A stretch of DNA of 13,976 nucleotides from Methanobacterium sp. (GTDB lineage: Archaea; Methanobacteriota; Methanobacteria; Methanobacteriales; Methanobacteriaceae): NCBI GenBank assembly GCA_003166335.1, contig PMWA01000124.1, forward strand, positions 1 to 13,976, written 5' to 3'. Position 1 is the first letter of the stretch, and each line of letters begins with the position of its first letter. The position numbers were made by a program, and so were the translations under genes. Positions 8,266-13,976 of the stretch are shown in pieces. A model generated the notes under the pieces. It was given only the letters and a program-made list of their open reading frames with translations, searched no databases and had not been told where the DNA came from.

Positions 8266-8307
8266 TATTGTTATGTATTCAATATACCTCAAATAGGCTT
8301 TTCTTCT
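7988..8307 (-). pseudogene. C-terminal coiled-coil remnant, probably of a tyrosine recombinase/integrase (copy A)
   Basis: RRKAYLRYIEYITIKENSSHMSLDEFQQLKRDYNSLRNENKELYQQMVEIANQITPDDELLKENRNLSEALKE/VMYDNQLYKNQMDEMKGLLQNMQLELKKLKNKA*, with a 1-nt deletion near 8090. It resembles, from memory, the post-catalytic-Tyr tail of Methanobacteriales integrases; that assignment is inference. Confidence 0.6.
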
Positions 8308-8380
8308 TTATATTGACGTTAAACGAAGATTTAAAATTAATGTTTAATTGTTTTTGGGAGTGATCTATATTCCATTTCTT

Positions 8381-8759
8381 CTATATTTTTCTTTTTCTCC
8401 TTTCCTGTATAAGTGTTGGTACATACATCACTGCAAAACTAATGATAATGGACAATATAATGTCTAAAGTATTTAGTATTCCAACTATCTAAAAGTTATA
8501 GTATATATATACTGCAACAGGGGCATATATTGCACTTGCAGTTACAACACCTGGAGAATATTCGCCTGTATATAAGGTAAAAGCTGCATGAATTAAAAAA
8601 TTTGAAAACACCCATGCCGCAGTTGATAATCCCAAAACAAGTGTCATTCACTGGGATAAATGTTGCAAGAAATACTGATATGAGAACATAAGCCATGAAA
8701 ATAACGTTCTCAAGAACAAACTGAGCAAATGTCTCGGGTGCACCAAATTTTTTAGTTAA
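8381..8759 (-). pseudogene. HXXEE-domain membrane protein remnant (5'-truncated, frameshift, nonsense codon)
   Basis: ...FAQFVLENVIFMAYVLISVFLATF/TLVLGLSTAAWVFSNFLIHAAFTLYTGEYSPGVVTASAIYAPVAVYIYYNF*IVGILNTLDIILSIIISFAVMYVPTLIQERRKRKI*. N-xxx-H...YSPGVVTA is the C-terminal signature of the HXXEE family. Frameshift near 8650, TAG at 8489-8491. Confidence 0.75.
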
Positions 8760-8815
8760 ACATTATTGTCATTTCATAATTTTTATAATAATGATGCTTT
8801 ATAAATAAACGCTTT

Positions 8816-9092
8816 ATGGAAAAACTTTTATGGTGTTTGATTGCTGGGTCATCAGGAGGCCCTAATCGGGCTAGAATTAAAATGCAATTACATGAAAGAC
8901 CTTATAATACAAATCAAATTGCTGAAAACCTTAATTAAATTATAAGACCGTAAAACATCATATTAAAGTTTAAAGGAGAATAACGTGATCACTTCTAGTG
9001 GAAAGAAAAAATATGGTGAATTATACTTTCTCACTAATCATAATATTAGAAAATTATGACAATTTCCAAAAAATATTTGGAATAAATTGTGA
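8816..9092 (+). pseudogene. ArsR-family winged-HTH regulator pseudogene
   Basis: [74 protein letters not shown]/...ENYDNFQKI/WNKL* matches the archaeal 'LLWxLIAGxxGGxNRARI' ArsR subfamily. At least three frameshifts. Absent from the ORF track. Confidence 0.85.
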
Positions 9093-9293
9093 TTCTCATT
9101 TAATTAGTCCATTCTTAGTTCTTTTCAAAATATCATTATAAATTAATTTTTATTAATTTATTTTTTTCATAGAAAACATTTTTTGAAAATATAAACTTTA
9201 CAATAATTTTTTAATTTAACACTTTTTTATTTATTATTAGTTCTCTCATGCTCTATTTATGGGGTTATATGTTTGGTGATAATCCTGATATTC

Positions 9294-9662
9294 ATGGTGA
9301 ATCTGAAGAAATGGGAATACGTTATAAAATCCCTTAAAAAATTAAATGCCCCTGAAAGAGCCATTGATTTAGTAGAAACTATTCAAGAACAATTAGAAGT
9401 TTATGATTTAAACAGAAATACTATTGCATGGAAATATGAGGGCAGTGGAATGATTGTAGGTGGTATGTTCGATTTAAGAGATGTTTTAGAAGTTTATGCA
9501 GATTATTGTTATTGCTGCGTATCATATCGATCTAATTGTCTTATATGTCCAATTAATTCTCCAAGCATTAAAGGATGCTGTAAAGAACTTATTGAATTAA
9601 TAGATATTGTAGCAGAGTTAGATTACCACCAGAGAAAAGAGCATCATCAATTTGTGGATTAG
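9294..9662 (+). CDS. Cys-rich hypothetical protein (CxCC-x5-CxxCP-x8-CC), possible metal binder
   Basis: Track ORF 9273..9662; ATG 9294 is the more plausible start (GGTGAT upstream). The last ~10 codons overlap the antisense integrase fragment. Confidence 0.6.
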   Translation: MVNLKKWEYVIKSLKKLNAPERAIDLVETIQEQLEVYDLNRNTIAWKYEGSGMIVGGMFDLRDVLEVYADYCYCCVSYRSNCLICPINSPSIKGCCKELIELIDIVAELDYHQRKEHHQFVD

Positions 9663-9956
9663 TCCTTTCAAGTCTAAGGAATTTATCTATAGCTTCAACA
9701 GGCTTCTTCACTTAAAAATGTTGTAAATTTTACATTCAGTTTTAGTGTCTAACCAATTTTAATGGCATATAATTCTTTTTGCTTTTGGTAATTTGATCAT
9801 AAACATGAATTTTACCTTCTTGAAAATCCCTTATTCTCAAATTTAATATATCATTGGATGATAATCTAGATTAAATTTGAGTCAAAATCAAATGCTTTCA
9901 TTTTGAATGTTTTACATGCATCAAACTAATTCTCTAATTTGATCTCTCGTCAAATA
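9631..9956 (-). pseudogene. Tyrosine recombinase/integrase catalytic-domain fragment
   Basis: Reconstructed across frameshifts: YLTRDQIRELV/DACKTFKMKAF/ILTQI*SRLSSNDILNLRIRDFQEGKIHVYDQITKSKKNYMPLKLVRH/KTECK/FTTFLSEEA/VEAIDKFLRLERTNPQIDDALFS. Patch I (LT..QI), box I-like (IL.Q.S.L...DI.NL.I.DF), the R.KT lysine loop and the LF patch occur in the right order. Confidence 0.85.
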
Positions 9957-9965
9957 TTATTAGAG

Positions 9966-10688
9966 TTATCCTGTACCATTGAAGTTGGATAATCCGTACC
10001 TGAATAAGATTACTCCATGTGTATATGGTTTTACAGCGTTGATTTCTGCGAATATGGTATTTGAACTCTTGGAAGTTGTATTTTGATCGGATTGGTAGGT
10101 TTCAAGTCCAGCTACGATTTTTCCTGGGTAAATGAAGTTGTTGATTTTAACCCAGTTTGTTAAACCGGTTGTACTCTGTCCGTAGTCACCTGTATAGAGC
10201 ATGGGAACTATGTAGTCGCATAATGGTGCTATTAGATAATAGTATTGGTTTCCATCCCATCCATCGGGTTTAACACTAAGAGAGAACTTCACTCCTTGTG
10301 TTTCTGATCTCATGGCTTTGATTTGTGGAAGATATGCGGGCATATCATGCGTTTCCACATCTAATTGAACTCCTATGTTCATTTGAGCGACTTGCGAGGC
10401 GTAATTGAATCCGGGATATACCCAAGCGTTGGTTCTTATTCCCACAGTGTCAGCTTTTGTTTTGGCTGCGGATAGTACTGATTGATAATTATCATTTGAT
10501 ACTAAAACGTATATATCAGTAATTCCAGCGCTTTTTAAATCGTTGAAATTGATTTCTGATATGGGTGTGATACTGGGGTTTATATAATAACCTACGATAA
10601 AACCACCCTCTAACGATGAGATAGCCCAATTTATACCTAATAACAGCGTAATTATTATTAAAAATGATAATATCCATTTGTATTTAAT
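9966..10688 (-). CDS. Secreted or membrane-anchored glycoside-hydrolase-like (TIM-barrel) protein of the methanobacterial cell-surface type
   Basis: The frame stays open 81 codons upstream of the track's start: [38 protein letters not shown]...[14 protein letters not shown]...GIRTNAWV...QLDVE...[12 protein letters not shown]...[10 protein letters not shown]...GVILFRYGL. Hydrophobic N-terminus. ATT 10688 lies 6 nt after SD GAGGAG. Confidence 0.75.
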   Translation of the reverse strand: MKYKWILSFLIIITLLLGINWAISSLEGGFIVGYYINPSITPISEINFNDLKSAGITDIYVLVSNDNYQSVLSAAKTKADTVGIRTNAWVYPGFNYASQVAQMNIGVQLDVETHDMPAYLPQIKAMRSETQGVKFSLSVKPDGWDGNQYYYLIAPLCDYIVPMLYTGDYGQSTTGLTNWVKINNFIYPGKIVAGLETYQSDQNTTSKSSNTIFAEINAVKPYTHGVILFRYGLSNFNGTG

Positions 10689-10778
10689 GTTTAACTCCTC
10701 TTTATTTGTTTAACGATTTAATTTGCCCGCTCTGGAGTCGGTTTTTATTAATTATAATTTGTTTATCACACATGATTA

Positions 10779-10793
10779 TATATAAGTTTTTCC
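10779..10793 (-). promoter_or_regulatory. BRE/TATA promoter (module B), positioned to transcribe the glycoside-hydrolase-like gene
   Basis: GGAAAAAC-TTATATA on the minus strand, about 90 nt upstream of ATT 10688. Confidence 0.6.
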
Positions 10794-10796
10794 TTA

Positions 10797-11074
10797 TCAA
10801 GCCTTATTTTTCATTCTTTAAGTTCTAACTGCATCTTCTGGAGCAACACTTGCATATTAGTCATCTGATTCTTATATAACTTATTATCATACATTACATC
10901 GTTGAAAGTATATGTTAACTTCCTGTTTTCAATAGTCAAATCTTCATCTGGAGTTATTTGAGTGATTATTTCAACCATTTGTTGATATAATTCTGGGTTT
11001 TTGTTTCTCAAAGAATTATAATCCTTTTTGAGTTGTTGGAACTCATCCAGACTGACAGGAGAGCTATTTTCTTT
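10797..11074 (-). pseudogene. Probable integrase C-terminal remnant (copy B)
   Basis: KENSSPVSLDEFQQLKKDYNSLRNKNPELYQQMVEIITQITPDEDLTIENRKLTYTFNDVMYDNKLYKNQMTNMQVLLQKMQLELKE/LKNKA*, with a 1-nt deletion near 10813. Confidence 0.6.
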
Positions 11075-11172
11075 ATCCTGCCAACTACTCCACTATTTTA
11101 GTAAATCTTTAGTTATAAAATTTTAAATCGTCAGATAAAAGTTCTAACAATTAAAAAAAGGTAAGGAATATT

Positions 11173-11571
11173 TTAGATCCCGGTGGCGACTGCGGTAGCT
11201 CCTCCGTATGGAGCAGAAGTACTTTGTGAAGCGAGTGTTTTTCCACCTGTGGTTATTAAAACGGTTAGAAGTCCATTGCCGCCATCTGTTTTGCGGGCTG
11301 CGGCAGTTACAGATCCAGTTACACTGCCTATATTATTTGTTTGATTTCCAGTACCTGAGAATGAACGATATCCGAAAGGACCACTTACATCAACTGCCCA
11401 ATTACCTGAATAATTTACTACAATATTTACATCATTGGAAGCTGAAGTGTTTGAACTGGAGGTATTAGAACTCGATGTGTTATTACTTGAACTATTATTT
11501 GTAGTACAACCAGATACAGCTATTACAAAACAAATAACTAAAATTAATAGACCTATTTGAAACTTCTTCAT
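11173..11571 (-). CDS. Predicted lipoprotein with a Ser/Asn/Thr-rich linker and a small beta-rich domain
   Basis: MKKFQIGLLILVICFVIAVSGC lipobox-type signal, then an SSSNNTSSSNTSSSNTS linker. ATG 11571 follows SD GAGGGGG. Confidence 0.85.
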   Translation of the reverse strand: MKKFQIGLLILVICFVIAVSGCTTNNSSSNNTSSSNTSSSNTSASNDVNIVVNYSGNWAVDVSGPFGYRSFSGTGNQTNNIGSVTGSVTAAARKTDGGNGLLTVLITTGGKTLASQSTSAPYGGATAVATGI

Positions 11572-11841
11572 ATAATCCCCCCTCAATATTTGTTTTAATT
11601 AATTTTTTTATTAAATAACATTTATCTAAGTTTTTATAATTATTTTTTATGTATAATGGTTCGATCTTGGAATTTGCTCTCCTGGTTTTACCAATTTTCA
11701 TTTGAATGTCTTTCTAAGACTAGTAGTTTCCCTGATTTTTTCTTTAAGAAGTATCAGCTCTCATTTTCGGTTCTAATCATGATTGAATAATAAAAAATAT
11801 ATGATAAGAATTTTATAAATTAAATTTGGGAGGCTGATTAT

Positions 11842-12405
11842 ATGTCAAAAGTTAAAATCAAAGTTGTACCCTTTTCTGTTCCTATTTGCATAGCAGGTTC
11901 TATTATAAACGGAAAAATTAATTATGCCACTTACGGGTGTTTTGGACTTCTATCACCACGACCTACAACATATGTTTATATTGGTTCAGTGGAACCGCAT
12001 TATACGAACACAGGAATCAAAGAAAATGGATATTTCAGTATTAATATACCCTCAGTCGGACAAATGCAGGAAACAGATTATGTGGGACTTGTTTCTGGTC
12101 GTGATACTGATAAATCAACAGTTTTTAAATCATTTTTCGGATCTGTTGATAAGGCACCATTAATAGAAGAGTGCCCCATAAATATGCTCTGCAAACTCAC
12201 AAAAACAGTTGACCTTCCCGGTCGTGATATATTCATTAGTGAGGTTCTGGAAACATATGTGAACGAGGAATGCTTGACGGATGGAGAGTTAGATTTCATG
12301 AAAATAAACCCATTATTATTCACATCTGCTAATGGTTCATACTGGGAATTGGGGAAAATTGTAGGTTCAGCATATAAAGAAGGAAAAACTATGATAAAAC
12401 GATAG
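11842..12405 (+). CDS. Flavin reductase family protein (flavoredoxin-like)
   Basis: HYTNTGIKENGYFSINIPS, DYVGLVSGRDTDKS, APLIEECPINMLCKL and YWELGKIVGSAY motifs. SD GGAGG. Confidence 0.92.
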   Translation: MSKVKIKVVPFSVPICIAGSIINGKINYATYGCFGLLSPRPTTYVYIGSVEPHYTNTGIKENGYFSINIPSVGQMQETDYVGLVSGRDTDKSTVFKSFFGSVDKAPLIEECPINMLCKLTKTVDLPGRDIFISEVLETYVNEECLTDGELDFMKINPLLFTSANGSYWELGKIVGSAYKEGKTMIKR

Positions 12406-12414
12406 ATTCACAAA

Positions 12415-12423
12415 TTTTTTTTT
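12415..12423 (+). terminator. Poly-T archaeal terminator after the flavin reductase gene
   Basis: T9 run beginning 10 nt after the TAG stop. Confidence 0.5.
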
Positions 12424-12531
12424 AAAGATCGTTCATTAATTACAAAAATTCTGTTATCCAAAACTGAAGCTTATAAAAAATAAAGGTCAAATAATAAAGT
12501 TCTTATAAAAATAAACAATTGGGTGTTTAAA

Positions 12532-12699
12532 ATGGCGAATTTAATAGTTAATATATTATATGTAATTTTAGCAATAGTTATTGTAGTCTTTTTAGATTTT
12601 AAATATTTTAGATATGAATTTTGGAAACGGTTGATTGTAAATATATTAATTGTTTTAGTGTTTGCTGTTTTCTATTATTTGTTTTTAGTTAATTTATAA
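12532..12699 (+). CDS. 55-aa two-TM small membrane protein
   Basis: MANLIVNILYVILAIVIVVFLDFKYFRYEFWKRLIVNILIVLVFAVFYYLFLVNL*. SD-like GGGTG 6 nt upstream. Absent from the ORF track, probably because it is short. Confidence 0.8.
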   Translation: MANLIVNILYVILAIVIVVFLDFKYFRYEFWKRLIVNILIVLVFAVFYYLFLVNL

Positions 12700-12839
12700 A
12701 ATAAATGGTTAAATAACATCAATTAAGAATTTAAATGATCCTGTAAAACTTTTATTATTTTTTCGTTCTTCTTGTTTCATAGTTTTCATACATTCTTAAC
12801 ATCTTATTTCATTAAACAATTTTATTTGATATAAAACCC

Positions 12840-13007
12840 CACAAATGATAATATATAAGTTTTTAATTTTCAAGCCTTATTTTTCAATTCTTCACCTTCT
12901 AACTGCATCTTCTGGCGAAACACTTGCATATCAGTCATCTGATTCTTATATAATTCATTATCATACATTACATCATTTGAAAGCATCAGTTAAATTCCTG
13001 TTTTCAA
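12840..13007 (-). repeat. Module copy C: promoter + shorter probable integrase 3' end, att arm absent
   Basis: CACAAATGATAATATATAAGTTTTT...CAAGCCTTATTTTT...CATCTGATTCTTATATAA...TTATCATACATTACATC aligns with copies A and B, and is closest to B. Confidence 0.88.
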
Positions 13008-13010
13008 GTA
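12870..13010 (-). pseudogene. Probable integrase C-terminal remnant (copy C)
   Basis: LENRNLTDAF/NDVMYDNELYKNQMTDMQVFRQKMQLEGEELKNKA*, with one extra base near 12976. Confidence 0.55.
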
Positions 13011-13152
13011 TTTTTAGATTTCTCTTTGAAGTATATTCGTATGGATAAGATTTTGGAAACTTCATTTTGCAGATTAAAAAAAGAAATAATAGATATGTTG
13101 AACATAATATGATGTAGAAAGGAATATTTAAACCTCTAGGAGTGGATAGGAA

Positions 13153-13436
13153 ATGACTTATGTTTTGGTTATACATAAAGTTGAGGACTTTGATAAGTGG
13201 AAGTCTGTGTATGATGAAGATGGTGCTACACGCAAGGATAAAGGTTCTAAAGGTGCTTTTGTCTTTCGAAATGCTAATGATCCAAACCAACTGGTGGTCG
13301 TTAGCCAGTGGGAAAATATAGAGAAAGCTAAAAATTTTGCTGAAGCTGAAGATTTGAGAATTACTATGCAAAAGCTGGCGTTACCGGTCAACCAGATGTT
13401 TACTACTTAGAAGAGATTGAAAGAACACCTTACTAA
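13153..13436 (+). pseudogene. Dimeric alpha-beta barrel (ABM/'cyclase'-like) protein with a frameshifted C-terminus
   Basis: MTYVLVIHKVEDFDKWKSVYDED...FRNANDPNQLVVVSQWENIEKAKNFAEAEDLRITMQK. Adding one A at 13370-13373 restores the family-typical ending AGVTGQPDVYYLEEIERTPY* (TAA 13434-13436). Confidence 0.8.
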
Positions 13437-13602
13437 AAATTTTTGGTTAATAACTAATTTTCTTTTCATCTATTTTTTTTAGGTCTATTATCTCTAATTT
13501 AATTTATTATCAAAAACATTAGATAAATAATTTAAGGATACATATAGCCTTTAAAACTAATGAGGGAATAGTTATTTTTTTTTATTCGCTAAATTTTAAC
13601 TT

Positions 13603-13976
13603 TTAATATTCTGTGCTTTCTATGTTTGGGTTTGGATTGCCGGGACCTATAATAACATATGGTGTACCACCACCGACGTCACCGTAGTGTTGAGAATTAT
13701 AACCTGTATAATTCCATGTTTGCCATCCATTTCCGGTGTTGATTTCAACCCATGCATGTCGGTATCCAATTCCAGTTCCGTCGTTAACATAACCCATAAT
13801 TCTTGCCTGTATTCCTGCTGCCGTTAGTTGGTCGTATAACCATGTTGAATCAGCCCAACAATCCCCGTATCCTAATTTAGTAAGTGAATTAACATCAGAA
13901 GCTCCTTGAACATCTTGGTATTGTGCTTCTTGTTGTCCTATTGCATTTAATTTTGCTGTTGTATTTGTATTATTCG
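13603..13976 (-). CDS. Transglutaminase-like (papain-fold) domain protein, 3' part (start outside the window)
   Basis: Frame is open to the window edge: NNTNTTAKLNAIGQQEAQYQDVQGASDVNSLTKLGYGDCWADSTWLYDQLTAAGIQARIMGYVNDGTGIGYRHAWVEINTGNGWQTWNYTGYNSQHYG... It carries GDC, GIxAR and HAWVE motifs. Confidence 0.88.
   Translation of the reverse strand, partial: NNTNTTAKLNAIGQQEAQYQDVQGASDVNSLTKLGYGDCWADSTWLYDQLTAAGIQARIMGYVNDGTGIGYRHAWVEINTGNGWQTWNYTGYNSQHYGDVGGGTPYVIIGPGNPNPNIESTEY

Larger units (their letters stand above)
10731..11074 (-). repeat. Module copy B: att arm TCTGGAGTCGG + promoter + probable integrase 3' end
   Basis: Homologous to 7925-8265. Only the right 11 bp of the 27-bp core are retained. 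Confidence 0.9.
5930..13976. mobile_element. Decayed genomic island / integration hotspot with tandem remnants of related tyrosine-integrase elements (right end outside the window)
   Basis: Integrase catalytic fragment, three copies of a probable integrase-tail module, 27-bp direct repeats, mixed-orientation cargo genes and many pseudogenes. The adjacent core genes are intact. Left boundary is approximate. Confidence 0.75.

Noticed and set aside
8435..8445. AAAACTAATGA as an att half-site (similar words at 4891-4901 and 5927-5937)
   Set aside because: The 8435 copy is explained by HXXEE codons (ATC ATT AGT TTT). The others are short matches in very AT-rich intergenic DNA with no second arm.
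8496..8696. Cys-rich 66-aa ORF resembling a metallothionein
   Set aside because: The Cys-rich part is the out-of-frame reading of the frameshifted HXXEE pseudogene.
11440..11500. Low-complexity SSSNT repeats in the lipoprotein gene
   Set aside because: Ordinary Ser/Asn/Thr linker of methanogen lipoproteins. The codons differ between units, so it is not a DNA tandem repeat.
7559..13391. Track ORFs 7559..7798, 11208..11468, 11495..11701, 11924..12163, 12078..12323, 12845..13048, 12973..13371 and 13158..13391
   Set aside because: Antisense or alternative-frame overlaps of better-supported genes or remnants. Only the last few codons of 12973..13371 belong to remnant C.
5930..13976. Classical integron with attC sites, or an IS/transposon
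   Set aside because: No RYYYAAC...GTTRRRY attC hairpins after cargo genes, cargo lies on both strands, and I saw no IntI-type gene, transposase or terminal inverted repeats.

Overview
AT-rich archaeal DNA, most consistent with a Methanobacteriales methanogen (inferred from gene content, not from a search). Bases 1-5838 are an intact housekeeping block. It holds a minus-strand ECF Ni/Co uptake operon (M-N-Q), a single-TRAM RNA-binding protein, pyrF, a conserved membrane protein, deoxyhypusine synthase and an HTH-CBS regulator. The operon's M subunit has a NikM-type MHIPDG N-terminus, and three GTATTAC-N25/26-GTAATAC-type inverted repeats lie upstream. From about 5930 to the end is an accessory island that looks like a repeatedly used integration hotspot. 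It contains a frameshifted tyrosine-integrase catalytic-domain fragment and three diverged copies of a module [probable integrase 3' end + BRE/TATA promoter], two of which continue into an att-like site. A perfect 27-bp direct repeat brackets a 999-bp unit carrying one hemerythrin gene. Cargo genes lie between these elements: hemerythrin, a Cys-rich protein, a secreted glycoside-hydrolase-like protein, a lipoprotein, flavoredoxin, a 55-aa membrane protein, an ABM/cyclase-like protein and a transglutaminase-like protein. There are also several pseudogenes the ORF track misses. Two cargo genes appear to start at ATT. All calls come from manual translation and motif recognition; no searches were run.
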